Below, piece after piece: positions 28,368-37,591 of a stretch of DNA of 64,000 nucleotides. The stretch comes from Candidatus Binataceae bacterium (GTDB taxonomy: Bacteria; Desulfobacterota; Binatia; Binatales; Binataceae), in the NCBI GenBank assembly GCA_963789715.1, contig CAWBLQ010000011.1, positions 9,263 to 73,262 on the forward strand. Reading direction: 5' to 3'. The notes beneath the pieces are model-generated. The model saw only the letters and a list, made by a program, of their open reading frames with translations, had not been told where the DNA came from and did no database searches. Both the position numbers and the translations under genes were made by a program. Every line of letters begins with the position of its first letter. Position 1 is the first letter of the stretch.

Positions 28368-29564
28368 TTACAGGTCCGCCAGCAACAGGCCGGTCAGGTA
28401 CTCGCCCTCGCCGTGACCGAGCAGCACCGGGTGGTCCGGGCCGGGTCCAAGATGCGCGATCAGGCGAAGATTGCGGCCCGCGTTGGACGCGGCGAATCGC
28501 ACGGCGCGGATGAAATCGTCGGCGCGGAAGTGCGTCGAGCACGAAAACGTCATGAACCGCCCGCCCGGCGCCAGCGCGCGCATCGCGACCGAGTTGAGCT
28601 CGACGTAAAGGCGGCCAGCGCGCTCCGCGTCGCTTCGGCTACGCGCCAGCGGCGGCGGGTCGACGACGATCAGATCGAAACGATCTGGCGTCTCGGCCAT
28701 GAACTTGCCGGCTTCACCGTGAACGAACTCGACGGCGCCCGCGGGATGCTCGTTCAGCTCGAGATTTTGGCGCGCCATTTCGAGCGCCCGCGCCGACGTA
28801 TCGACCGCGACGACGCGGCTGGCGCCTCCTGCGATCGCCGCGAGCGAGAATCCGCCCTGGTAGCAGAAAGCGTCGAGCACCCGCGCGCCGGACGCGATCG
28901 CGCTGAACAATGCGCGGTTGTCGCGTTGATCCAGGAAGTAACCGGTCTTCTGGCCGTGCTCGAAATCAATTTTGATCTTGATTCCGTTCTCGGCTGCGAT
29001 CGTCTCCGTCAGCGCTTCGCCAGCCAGAACCGCGGCGCGATCGTCGAGGCCTTCCTGCTTTCTCACTGCGCCGTGGCTTCGTTCAATGATCGAGCGCGGG
29101 TGAAGTAGTTCGTTCAGCGCGGCAGCGATCGTCGCGCGCATTCGGTCGGCGCCCGCGGTCAGGATTTGCACGACGAGCACATCGCCGAACCGATCGACGA
29201 CCAGGCTTGACAACCCATCGCCGTCGCCGTTGACGAGCCGGTAGGAGTCCGTATCGGCGCGGATGAAGCGCCGCCGAAGCTCGAGCGCTCCCTTCAGCCG
29301 GCGCGCGACGAGTTCTTCGATTGCGGGCGCCTCTCCCCACGCCAGCATCCGGATTGCGATCGTCGTCGCGGGGTTGCAGTAACCGACGCCGAGCAGCGCG
29401 CCCGCCGCGTCATGCACCGTGACGGGAGCACCGGGTTCAGGCGATGGCGGTTCAATCCGATCGATTGCTTGCGAGAAGATCCACGGATTGCCGCCGCGGA
29501 CCGGGCCCTCCCTGCCGCGCTTGAGGATTGCGCGCGCCAGCGGCGCGCTCACCGCGCCGGCCAT
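28368..29564 (-). CDS. rlmI: 23S rRNA (cytosine1962-C5)-methyltransferase
   Basis: It has PUA-like and SAM-MTase domains (GARVLDAFCYQGGFSLAAIAGGASRVVAVD, DLIVVDPP). Confidence 0.85.
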   Translation of the reverse strand: MAGAVSAPLARAILKRGREGPVRGGNPWIFSQAIDRIEPPSPEPGAPVTVHDAAGALLGVGYCNPATTIAIRMLAWGEAPAIEELVARRLKGALELRRRFIRADTDSYRLVNGDGDGLSSLVVDRFGDVLVVQILTAGADRMRATIAAALNELLHPRSIIERSHGAVRKQEGLDDRAAVLAGEALTETIAAENGIKIKIDFEHGQKTGYFLDQRDNRALFSAIASGARVLDAFCYQGGFSLAAIAGGASRVVAVDTSARALEMARQNLELNEHPAGAVEFVHGEAGKFMAETPDRFDLIVVDPPPLARSRSDAERAGRLYVELNSVAMRALAPGGRFMTFSCSTHFRADDFIRAVRFAASNAGRNLRLIAHLGPGPDHPVLLGHGEGEYLTGLLLADL

Positions 29565-30088
29565 GGCGGCTCGCCGGCGCGGGCGAAGTCGCCGCTGCGG
29601 CCGCCGCGTTTTGCGACCAGCCGGACGCCGCCAATTTCCATCGCACGATCGATTGCCTTGGCCATGTCGTAAATCGTCAGCGCCGCCGCACTCACCGCGA
29701 CCATCGCTTCCATCTCAACGCCAGTGCGCGCGTCGGTCACGGTGCGAGCCTGGATTTGGATCGCGGTACCGGCCGGATCGGGCCTGAAATCGACCTCGAC
29801 CACGTCGAGCGGAATCTGATGGCAGAGCGGAATCATCTCATGCGTGCGCTTTGCCGCCATGATTCCCGCAAGACGCGCGGCGGCGAGCGCCTCGCCTTTT
29901 TTGAGTTTCCCGCCGACTATCGCTTGAAGCGTCGCCGGCGCCATCCGGACCTCGCCGCGCGCGATTGCCTCGCGCCGCGTGACCGGCTTTTCGCCGACGT
30001 CGACCATCCGGATTTGCCCGCGGGCATCGAGATGCGTCAGGTGCGGGGACGCGGTGCGATGCGACCGGGATTGTTTCTTGCCCGCCAT
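29549..30088 (-). CDS. moaC: Cyclic pyranopterin monophosphate synthase
   Basis: It has a LTHLD...MVDVGEK...IPLCH MoaC signature. Confidence 0.9.
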   Translation of the reverse strand: MAGKKQSRSHRTASPHLTHLDARGQIRMVDVGEKPVTRREAIARGEVRMAPATLQAIVGGKLKKGEALAAARLAGIMAAKRTHEMIPLCHQIPLDVVEVDFRPDPAGTAIQIQARTVTDARTGVEMEAMVAVSAAALTIYDMAKAIDRAMEIGGVRLVAKRGGRSGDFARAGEPPWPAR

Positions 30089-30191
30089 CGAAGGAAGTGG
30101 TTAGAGCTTATGTTGACCGCCCGCGCATATACAATAAACTCTTGATTCTCAGTTCAACCAAACATCTCAAACGATTGCGCAGACGGTTCAT

Positions 30192-31130
30192 ATGGCTGAC
30201 GAAATCAACAAGGTCGTAATCCTCGGCTCCGGTCCCGCCGGACTTACGGCGGCGCTCTATACGGCGCGGGCCAATCTCAGTCCGCTGCTGATCGAAGGGC
30301 ACGAACCGGGCGGCCAGCTCACCATAACCACCGACGTCGAGAACTATCCGGGCTTCGAGCATGGTATCCAGGGCCCCGAGATGATGGACGTGTTCCGCCG
30401 CCAGGTGACTCGCTTCGGCACGCGTTTCCTGAGTGGCGCCGTGAGCGAGGTGCGCTTTAACAAGCGGCCCTTTGAGCTGGTCGCGGACGGCAAAGTGATC
30501 AAAGCCGAGGCCGTGATCGTTGCGACCGGCGCGACCGCCAAGCTGCTCGGAATCGATTCGGAAAAACGCCTGATGGGTTACGGCGTGAGCGCCTGCGCCA
30601 CCTGCGACGGCGCATTTTTCAAGAACAAGGACGCGATTGTGGTTGGCGGCGGCGACACCGCGATGGAGGAAGCGACCTTCCTGACCCGGTTTGTCACCAA
30701 GGCCACCGTGGTGCATCGCCGCGACTCGCTGCGCGCGTCGAAGATCATGCAGGATCGCGCGCGCCGCAATCCGAAGATCTCGTTCATCTGGGATTCAGCG
30801 GTCGAAGAAATTCTCGGCGAGCAGAAGGATGGCGTGCGCGCCGTCAAGTTGAAAAATCTCAAGACCGGCAAAATCACCGATATGAAGACCGACGCCGTGT
30901 TCGTCGCGATCGGCCATAATCCCAACAGCGCGCTGTTCAAGGGCCAGCTCGAGATGGACGAGATCGGCTATCTGAAGGTGAAAGCGGGCTCGACCTACAC
31001 CAACATCGATGGCGTGTTTGCCGCCGGCGACGTCGTCGACAGCGTATATCGTCAAGCGGTCACGGCCGCAGGCACGGGGTGCATGGCGGCGATCGACGCC
31101 GAGCGATGGCTCGAAGCGAAGGGCGAGTAA
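30192..31130 (+). CDS. trxB: Thioredoxin-disulfide reductase
   Basis: It has FAD and NAD(P) motifs and the redox-active CATCDG. Confidence 0.92.
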   Translation: MADEINKVVILGSGPAGLTAALYTARANLSPLLIEGHEPGGQLTITTDVENYPGFEHGIQGPEMMDVFRRQVTRFGTRFLSGAVSEVRFNKRPFELVADGKVIKAEAVIVATGATAKLLGIDSEKRLMGYGVSACATCDGAFFKNKDAIVVGGGDTAMEEATFLTRFVTKATVVHRRDSLRASKIMQDRARRNPKISFIWDSAVEEILGEQKDGVRAVKLKNLKTGKITDMKTDAVFVAIGHNPNSALFKGQLEMDEIGYLKVKAGSTYTNIDGVFAAGDVVDSVYRQAVTAAGTGCMAAIDAERWLEAKGE

Positions 31131-31175
31131 GCGTGGGTTATCGGCGAATCGTTACGCCCAAAAGGTGAGGTGACC

Positions 31176-31397
31176 ATGCGATCGATTCGCCATCCGCTGA
31201 GCGGCGCGCTTTACGACCGGCAACCCGACGGCACCGTCCGCGTCGAGAAGGACGGCCGCGTCGGTCTGTTCCGCGCCGACGGCAGTTACATTTCGGGCGA
31301 CATCTACTCCTCGGACCCGCATATGTGCGTGTGGATCGGCGGCCGCGAGTTGGCTGCGCGGTCGCGCCATTCGGGCGATGCGACCAAACGAAATTGA
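31176..31397 (+). CDS. Small hypothetical protein
   Basis: AGGTGAGGTGA precedes the ATG. The 73-aa product has plausible composition. No homology recognised. Confidence 0.3.
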   Translation: MRSIRHPLSGALYDRQPDGTVRVEKDGRVGLFRADGSYISGDIYSSDPHMCVWIGGRELAARSRHSGDATKRN

Positions 31398-31464
31398 GAT
31401 CTTGATGGCGCTCGAGAAATGGATCGCCCGGCCGCAGCGCGCGCGCGCCTGAGGTAAAACCGCG

Positions 31465-32694
31465 ATGGCGTCGGTGAAAGAGTTCAATCCGCTTGCGCCG
31501 GAGACGGTCGAGAATCCGTATCCGTTTTATCGCGCGATGCGCGAGCAGGCGCCAGTCTACCAGGTTCCGGGCGCCGGGTTTTTTATCGTCAGCCGCTACG
31601 ACGACATCCTGTACGTGCTCGCCAACCCGCAGATTTTTTCGTCGCATCAACCGCCCGGCGTGCAGACGACGATGAGCGCGGAGGCAAAAGAAATCCTGGC
31701 CAGGGGATGGCCGCCCGTCGATACCCTGCTGACCAACGATCCGCCCGCGCACACGCGCTTTCGCGCGCTGGTGAACAAGGCGTTCTCGGCCCGCCGCGTC
31801 GCCACGATGGAGCCTGGTGTCCGAACGATTGCAAATGAGCTGCTCGATCGGTTCATCGGCGACGGACGCGTGGAACTCGTCAGCCAGTTCGCAGTCGGCC
31901 TGCCGCTGAGCGTGATAGCCGACGCGCTGGGCGTGCCGCGCACCGACATGGACAAGTTCAAGCGCTGGTCCGACGACTCGGTGGCGCCGCTCGGCGGAAT
32001 GATCACCCACGAACGGCAACTCGAATGCGCCCGCAGCCGCGTCGAGTTTCAGCACTACTTTGCGGCCAGGCTGGAAGAGCGGCGCGTCGCGCCGCGCGAC
32101 GATATTTTAACCGATCTCGTCAACGCACGGTTGGAGGGCGTCGAACCGCTGAGCATGCCCGAGATGCTCAACATCCTCGAGCAGTTGCTGGTCGCGGGAA
32201 ACGAGACGACCACGAATCTGATCGCGAGCGCCATGATGCTGCTGCTGCAGGACTCGTCGCGGATGGCGGCGCTGACGGCCGATCCGTCGCTGATTGCAAA
32301 CTTCGTCGAAGAAGCGCTACGCACTGAATCCCCGGTGCAAGGACTGTTTCGCGTTGCAACCGGGGATGCGGAAGTTAGCTCAGTGAAAATTCCCGCCGGC
32401 TCGCGAATCGTCGTGATGTACGCGTCGGGCAATCGCGACGACGCGCAGTTCGCTGACGCCGAGCGGCTGGACATTTCGCGCGACAACGCGCGCACCCATC
32501 TCGCGTTCGGGCAAGGCGTGCACTTTTGCATCGGCGCAGCCCTGGCCCGGCTCGAGGCGCGGGTGGCGCTCGAGACGATTCTCAGCAAGACGCGCAACCT
32601 TCGCTTTGCGGCGTCCCGCAATGACTTCACGCATACGCCGAGCTTCATCCTGCGCGGACTGAAGCAGCTCAACCTCGAGTTCGATCGAGCTTAA
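31465..32694 (+). CDS. Cytochrome P450
   Basis: It has a heme-binding loop (FGQGVHFCIGAALA), an EXXR (EEALR) and an I-helix (AGNETT). Confidence 0.92.
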   Translation: MASVKEFNPLAPETVENPYPFYRAMREQAPVYQVPGAGFFIVSRYDDILYVLANPQIFSSHQPPGVQTTMSAEAKEILARGWPPVDTLLTNDPPAHTRFRALVNKAFSARRVATMEPGVRTIANELLDRFIGDGRVELVSQFAVGLPLSVIADALGVPRTDMDKFKRWSDDSVAPLGGMITHERQLECARSRVEFQHYFAARLEERRVAPRDDILTDLVNARLEGVEPLSMPEMLNILEQLLVAGNETTTNLIASAMMLLLQDSSRMAALTADPSLIANFVEEALRTESPVQGLFRVATGDAEVSSVKIPAGSRIVVMYASGNRDDAQFADAERLDISRDNARTHLAFGQGVHFCIGAALARLEARVALETILSKTRNLRFAASRNDFTHTPSFILRGLKQLNLEFDRA

Positions 32695-32730
32695 GCGCCT
32701 GCGCTACAGGGTCGCCAAGCTGTTATCGCT

Positions 32731-34107
32731 GTGATAACAAAGCGCCCTATGGCGCCAATTTCTTTTCCAAAAGGATTTCTGTGGGGGACCGCCAGCGCGT
32801 CCTACCAGATCGAGGGCGGCTGCAAGGAAGACGGCAAGGGCGAGTCCATCTGGGATCGCTTCTCGCACACGGCCGGCAAGATTAAGCGCGGCGACACCGG
32901 CGACGTCGCGTGCGATTTCTACCACCGCTACGCGGACGACATCGCGCTGATGGAAGAGCTCGGCCTCAACGCCGCGCGAATCTCGCTCTCATGGCCGCGC
33001 ATCATGCCCACCGGCAAGGGCCCGGTTAATCAAAAGGGCCTCGACTTCTACGACCGGGTCGTGGACGAGATGCTCAAGCGCAACATCCAGCCGTGGGTGA
33101 CGGTCTATCATTGGGACCTGCCGCAGACGCTCGAGGATGCTGGCGGATGGCCGAATCGCGACCTCGCCGAATATTTCCGAGACTACGTCGCCGCCGTAGC
33201 CGACTCGCTCGGCGATCGCGTGAAGCATTGGATGCCATTCAACGAGCCGTGGATCTTCACGATGCTCGGCTACCACATGGGAATCCATGCGCCGGGACGG
33301 CATGAGTCGGAGAAGGCGTTTCAGGCGACGCACACCGTCAACCTCGCGCAGGGCATGGCGGTCAAAGCGATTCGCGAATCGAAGAACAAGCCGGAGGCCG
33401 TCGGCGCCGCGTTCAGCATGTCTCCGGTGCATCCGCAGACCGGGTCGCTCGAAGATCGCACGGCGGCCGAGCGATGGCATCGGTTCTACAACATGTGGTT
33501 CCTCGATACCGTGATGCGCGGCAAGTACCCGGAGGCCTACCTGCACGGTTCGGTCGAGGACCATATCGATATTCGGGACGGCGACCTGGAGGTCATCAAG
33601 GCTCCGCTGGACTTCATCGGAATCAATCTGTACACGCGGGTTGTCGTCGCCCACGATGGGAGCGATCACACGATGGGCGTGAAGCAGATCCGAACCGGCG
33701 GCGAAGAGATCACGGATTTCGGCTGGGAGGTCTATCCGCAGGCGCTCTCGGAAATGATCCTGCGCATCAGCAAAGACTACGGTGGGTTGCCGATCTACGT
33801 GACCGAGAACGGATGTTCATACGGCGATCGGCCAGGCGCCGACGGCAAGGTCAGCGACCAGCGCCGCGTGAGTTTTCTGCGCCGTTTTATCGGCGAGGTC
33901 GGACGCGCGATGAAGGCCGGCGCCGACGTGCGCGGCTATTTTCTATGGACCTTCACCGACAACTTCGAATGGGCCGAGGGATTCCAGCAGCGCTTCGGGA
34001 TCGTGTACTGCGACTTCCAGACGCAGCAGAGAATCGTGAAGGAGAGCGGCCACTGGTACGCGCGGCTCGCGCGCACCGGCGCGCTCGATTTCGACCCGGT
34101 CGTTTGA
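32731..34107 (+). CDS. GH1 beta-glucosidase
   Basis: It has GH1 signatures (FLWGTASASYQIEGG, the catalytic NEP and ITENG-like YVTENG). Confidence 0.92.
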   Translation: MITKRPMAPISFPKGFLWGTASASYQIEGGCKEDGKGESIWDRFSHTAGKIKRGDTGDVACDFYHRYADDIALMEELGLNAARISLSWPRIMPTGKGPVNQKGLDFYDRVVDEMLKRNIQPWVTVYHWDLPQTLEDAGGWPNRDLAEYFRDYVAAVADSLGDRVKHWMPFNEPWIFTMLGYHMGIHAPGRHESEKAFQATHTVNLAQGMAVKAIRESKNKPEAVGAAFSMSPVHPQTGSLEDRTAAERWHRFYNMWFLDTVMRGKYPEAYLHGSVEDHIDIRDGDLEVIKAPLDFIGINLYTRVVVAHDGSDHTMGVKQIRTGGEEITDFGWEVYPQALSEMILRISKDYGGLPIYVTENGCSYGDRPGADGKVSDQRRVSFLRRFIGEVGRAMKAGADVRGYFLWTFTDNFEWAEGFQQRFGIVYCDFQTQQRIVKESGHWYARLARTGALDFDPVV

Positions 34108-34131
34108 TCCTGTGACCCAGCCGGTGCCGCG

Positions 34132-34758
34132 ATGATCGGCGGCGAGTTCCTGATGTGGCTGCATCTGTGCGCGATGGCCTCGTACGTGGGTGCGCAGTTC
34201 GCAGTCATCTATATGCTGATTCCGGCCGCGGAGACCGCCCCCGACGAGGCCGCGCGGCGCTCGAGCCTGATCGCGGGTTTCAAGTTCTACAACCCGTTCA
34301 CGATCGGGGTGCTGGGAATTATTGTAATTAGCGGCGCGATGCGGCTGACAGATCTGAAGGCGTCGATGAAGTTCGACTACTTCGCGCGGATCGGTTCCGC
34401 GCTCGAACTGAAGCTGGGGCTCGCCTTCGTTCTCATCTTCATACAAACCTACATCACGTTTGGACTGGCGTTTAGAATCGGCCGCCAGGAAGAGGTGGCC
34501 GCACACGGCGACGGCGAGGCGTTCACCGTCGAGCAGCTGAACTCGATGCTGCGGAGAATTCGCGCGATGGTGTGGTTCACCATCGTGCTGGCGGCCGCTG
34601 TCATCTGGGTATCACTCACGATGGTTGCGCGGGCGGTGGATGAGCCCGTCACCGCATCGCGCATTTCCGCGCGCGCCGCACCTGGTCGTGCGACTCGGGT
34701 ACTCGCATACCCGATGACGTTGGCGATGCTGGCCGCGCGAGTCCACGACATGACTTAG
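34132..34758 (+). CDS. Hypothetical multi-pass membrane protein
   Basis: It has four or five hydrophobic helices. No family recognised. Confidence 0.55.
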   Translation: MIGGEFLMWLHLCAMASYVGAQFAVIYMLIPAAETAPDEAARRSSLIAGFKFYNPFTIGVLGIIVISGAMRLTDLKASMKFDYFARIGSALELKLGLAFVLIFIQTYITFGLAFRIGRQEEVAAHGDGEAFTVEQLNSMLRRIRAMVWFTIVLAAAVIWVSLTMVARAVDEPVTASRISARAAPGRATRVLAYPMTLAMLAARVHDMT

Positions 34759-34931
34759 TGCGCAAGCGTGAGCAGCGAGCCGACGATGTACGCGAGCGTG
34801 ATGATCCCGAAAAGCGCGCCCGGGATCTCGTTGAGCATGCTGTACTGCGCGAGCCGGGTCGCGTCGCTGACTTCCGCCGCCTGGTTGATCGACGCGATTC
34901 CTGCGAGCCTTTGAGTAGTGGTTGCGTTCAT
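34755..34931 (-). CDS. 58-aa tail-anchored small protein, paralog 2 of a tandem pair
   Basis: ACGGGAGGcatttgaaATG gives a strong ribosome-binding site. The product is MNATTTQRLAGIASINQAAEVSDATRLAQYSMLNEIPGALFGIITLAYIVGSLLTLAH. It is absent from the ORF track because it is under 60 aa. Confidence 0.5.
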   Translation of the reverse strand: MNATTTQRLAGIASINQAAEVSDATRLAQYSMLNEIPGALFGIITLAYIVGSLLTLAH

Positions 34932-34964
34932 TTCAAATGCCTCCCGTAATTTCTTCGGACGATT

Positions 34965-35141
34965 TCAGGCCAGCGCCAGCAAGGAGCTGACGATGTATCC
35001 GAGCGTGATCAGACCGAACACGACGCCGGGCAGTTCGCTGAGCAGACTGTTCTGCGCGAGCCGGGTTCCAGCCGTGGCTTCCGCCGCTTCGTTGGCGTTG
35101 GTGAGTACCGCGAGTGTTGCTTCGTTGGTGGTTGCGCTCAT
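34965..35141 (-). CDS. 58-aa tail-anchored small protein, paralog 1 of a tandem pair
   Basis: CGGGAGGaatctgaaaATG gives a strong ribosome-binding site. The product is MSATTNEATLAVLTNANEAAEATAGTRLAQNSLLSELPGVVFGLITLGYIVSSLLALA. It shares TRLAQ, ExPG and FGxITLxYIV with paralog 2. Confidence 0.5.
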   Translation of the reverse strand: MSATTNEATLAVLTNANEAAEATAGTRLAQNSLLSELPGVVFGLITLGYIVSSLLALA

Positions 35142-35453
35142 TTTCAGATTCCTCCCGTGCTTGGTTGCTGACAGTGGTACAGCAAGTCGGGTGCCATCTA
35201 AAAACCTCTCGATTTAACAACAACTTTCCAAAATGACTGAAGGCTGGAAGCGAGCCGCAATTGGGTAAACATCAATGAAATTAGGAGCTTAGATGAAATC
35301 GCAGAATGCGAGATTAAATCCGTCGGGATTCCATTTTCGCGCTAAGTTTCGTCTTTCGCGAATCAGCGCAACCGCCAGGCCGCAGCTATTCTACTGCGGG
35401 TCGGTGCCCGGTCGGCTCCTCTTTGATCGCTGCAACGCATCTGCGAGAGTGGC

Positions 35454-36230
35454 GTGATGCCGAGTGAGACAAATCCCGACGCGCCCCAAGCCGACGGCAA
35501 AGCTACCGGGGGACTGAAGCCTGCCACCGCAATGCTCGCTGCTGCGGACGCCGCCGCGCCCGCAGAGCATCCGCATTTCATCGGCAGCCTGGCGCTCCAC
35601 TTCGCGGAGACCGCAATCTTCCTGCTCGCCGTTGTCGGCGCGATTGCCCTGGGCCTCGGTATCACCGCCTACTTCGGCGAGCATAGCTATGTGCTCGCGT
35701 ACCTGGCGGCCTACGCAGGCTTTCGCTTTTCCGATTTGATTGTGCGCGACGATGCCGAGGATCGTCCCGCACACGAGGAGCTGAGCCGGCGTGTCGCCGC
35801 GCAGCTCCCGCTGCTGGCGACGTTCGCGGCGGCGCCGTTCGAGCGGACTTACGTTTACGGCGGCTCGGCGCCGGCGTTCGTCAGCGCGCTCGGACTGTTG
35901 CTCGAGCTGCTGGGGATGTGGCTCGCGCTTGGCGCACGCGTCCAGCTCGGATTTTTCACATCCGGCAGGACGGCCGAGCATCCGGTGCTGGTCAAGCGCG
36001 GCTTCTATCGGTACATCAGGCATCCGATTTACGCGGGGACATTTCTGGTGACGTTCGGCTGGACGCTCATCTACGGGGCGCCGGTCACGGCGGTCTTGAC
36101 GCTGATAATCGGCGCGATTTTGGCGCAGCGCCGGATGAAATCCGAAGAGGCTGCGATGCGCGCCCGATTCGGCGAAGAATACGACGCTTACCGGCGCGAG
36201 ACGGACGCGCTGGTTCCGGCTATCTGGTAG
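35454..36230 (+). CDS. Isoprenylcysteine carboxyl methyltransferase (ICMT)/phospholipid methyltransferase family membrane protein
   Basis: It has a C-terminal ICMT signature (VKRGFYRYIRHPIYAGTFLVTFGWTLIYG...EE..M...FGEEYDAYRRE). Confidence 0.8.
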   Translation: MMPSETNPDAPQADGKATGGLKPATAMLAAADAAAPAEHPHFIGSLALHFAETAIFLLAVVGAIALGLGITAYFGEHSYVLAYLAAYAGFRFSDLIVRDDAEDRPAHEELSRRVAAQLPLLATFAAAPFERTYVYGGSAPAFVSALGLLLELLGMWLALGARVQLGFFTSGRTAEHPVLVKRGFYRYIRHPIYAGTFLVTFGWTLIYGAPVTAVLTLIIGAILAQRRMKSEEAAMRARFGEEYDAYRRETDALVPAIW

Positions 36231-36245
36231 CCTGGCAGTCGGTCC

Positions 36246-36440
36246 ATGAAGCCCCGTGCCGCAGCCGCGCTCGCACTTGTGCTCTTCGTGGTTGGCTGGG
36301 TTGCGCTGTCCATAGTCAATCAGGGCGCATCGGCGAGTCCCTCTTCAATCGGGCTCGTCGCGGTGATTGTGTTTCCACTCGCGTTTTTGGTCCGATTGAT
36401 CATAAAGATCCGTAGCAGCAAGTCAGACCGTCCCGGCTGA
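36246..36440 (+). CDS. Small membrane protein
   Basis: It is 64 aa with two hydrophobic helices. Confidence 0.4.
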   Translation: MKPRAAAALALVLFVVGWVALSIVNQGASASPSSIGLVAVIVFPLAFLVRLIIKIRSSKSDRPG

Positions 36441-36472
36441 TTCCGTTCTGGTCCACTTCGTCCCGGCTGGTC

Positions 36473-36491
36473 GGCACTGGTTCAGTTTGAA
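36473..36491. repeat. Left 19-bp terminal inverted repeat of a 431-bp element
   Basis: GGCACTGGTTCAGTTTGAA matches the reverse complement of 36885..36903 (GGCACTGGTTCAGTTTCAA) at 18 of 19 positions. It is preceded by GCTGGTC (36466..36472). Confidence 0.7.
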
Positions 36492-36888
36492 TAGGCCGGA
36501 AGTCGTGAAGATCAAAGGTTTCTGGTGGTGGGCGCTCGTGATCCTCTGCGCTTCCAGCGCACTGGATGGTCCCATTTTCCTGTTAGGCCTAGGGCCATTG
36601 GTAGGCTGGCCCGGGTTTGAATTTTCTCGACATGTCGGCGACGAGACCACCAAGCTCGTAATCGCGTTGCAGTTCTTAGGCGCCGCAATCGGATTTGCCA
36701 TCGCAGAAGCAATTGCCCTTCGTCAAAAGAAGGTCTGGCGCCTATACGTCGCTTGTGTACTGACGTTTCCAACGGCGTTAATGGCCTTCCTGAACACGTT
36801 GGAGGTCGATAGTTGGATCCTTTTGGTTTCAATCGTGTTCCTGCTGGCAGACGGGGCCGTGGGAATTATGCGCGCGGCCAAAATTTGA
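36487..36888 (+). CDS. Hypothetical membrane protein carried inside the inverted-repeat-bounded element
   Basis: It is 133 aa with four hydrophobic helices. The TTG start (36487) lies inside the left IR and the TGA stop (36886) inside the right IR. Local GC content is lower than the flanks. Confidence 0.5.
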   Translation: MNRPEVVKIKGFWWWALVILCASSALDGPIFLLGLGPLVGWPGFEFSRHVGDETTKLVIALQFLGAAIGFAIAEAIALRQKKVWRLYVACVLTFPTALMAFLNTLEVDSWILLVSIVFLLADGAVGIMRAAKI

Positions 36889-36903
36889 AACTGAACCAGT
36901 GCC
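36885..36903. repeat. Right 19-bp terminal inverted repeat of the element (a degenerate extra copy lies at 36941..36960)
   Basis: TTGAAACTGAACCAGTGCC is followed by a second GCTGGTC copy at 36905..36911, one base after the IR. Confidence 0.7.
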
Positions 36904-36967
36904 TGCTGGTCCAGCCTAATCCGGCATTTTCTCCCGATGATTTGAAACTGACCGACTGCCTGTAGCT

Positions 36968-37582
36968 TCAGCGGCGGCGGGCTTTGAGCTGGCAGGGGGT
37001 GTGCGAGCAATAGTTGTCGGCAGCGGCGACGCTTACGAACTTCGCGCCGCATCCGGCGCATTCGCGAATTGATTCGCCTGGCTTTAGCAGCGCCTTCAGC
37101 TCCGCCTCCACGACCGAGTCGTCGTTCTTCGAGCCTCGCGTCTTTCGCTGGTCTGGCGACGCTCCTTCGGCAATGAGTCGGCCGTTCGCGCCCATCAGGG
37201 CGAGTTCGTCGGCGCGATTGTTGGTCGCGTCGGTGTCGTGGCCGCGGACCCATTCGAATCGCACGGTTCGCGCCGCGACTTCGGCGTCGAGCAGCTCCCA
37301 CAAATCGTGATTCTTGTTGCGCTTGTAATGCAGCGTCATCGAATCCACGACGTACTTGCTGTCACTGCGCAGAACAACCTGCGCACCGGCGGGAGTTGCG
37401 CGCAGGCCCTCGATCGCGCCCGTCAACTCCATCCGGTTGTTGGTGGTCGAAGGATGACTGCCGTTAAGCTCGGTCACGACGCCGGCGGGGTCGCGCACCA
37501 CCACGCCCCATCCGCCGGGCCCCGGGTTGCCGATGCAGGAGCCGTCGGCATAGACGAGGTATTCGCGAGACGAGAGTGCCAC
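36968..37582 (-). CDS. rnhA: Ribonuclease HI with a C-terminal Cys-rich extension
   Basis: It has an RNase H core (YADGSCIGNPGPGGWG, MELTGAIEGL, RGHD), plus about 50 extra C-terminal residues containing CAGCG...C..TPC. Confidence 0.85.
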   Translation of the reverse strand: MALSSREYLVYADGSCIGNPGPGGWGVVVRDPAGVVTELNGSHPSTTNNRMELTGAIEGLRATPAGAQVVLRSDSKYVVDSMTLHYKRNKNHDLWELLDAEVAARTVRFEWVRGHDTDATNNRADELALMGANGRLIAEGASPDQRKTRGSKNDDSVVEAELKALLKPGESIRECAGCGAKFVSVAAADNYCSHTPCQLKARRR

Positions 37583-37591
37583 GGGCGGATT

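Noticed and set aside
34755-35141. Light-harvesting alpha/beta polypeptides or Flp pilins as the identity of the tandem 58-aa peptides
   Set aside because: They lack the conserved BChl-ligating His within the TM helix and the G/XXXXEY Flp processing motif. The hydrophobic segment is C-terminal, not N-terminal.
35391-36023. 210-aa minus-strand ORF
   Set aside because: It overlaps the well-supported ICMT-family gene on the opposite strand and has an Arg/Glu-rich junk composition.
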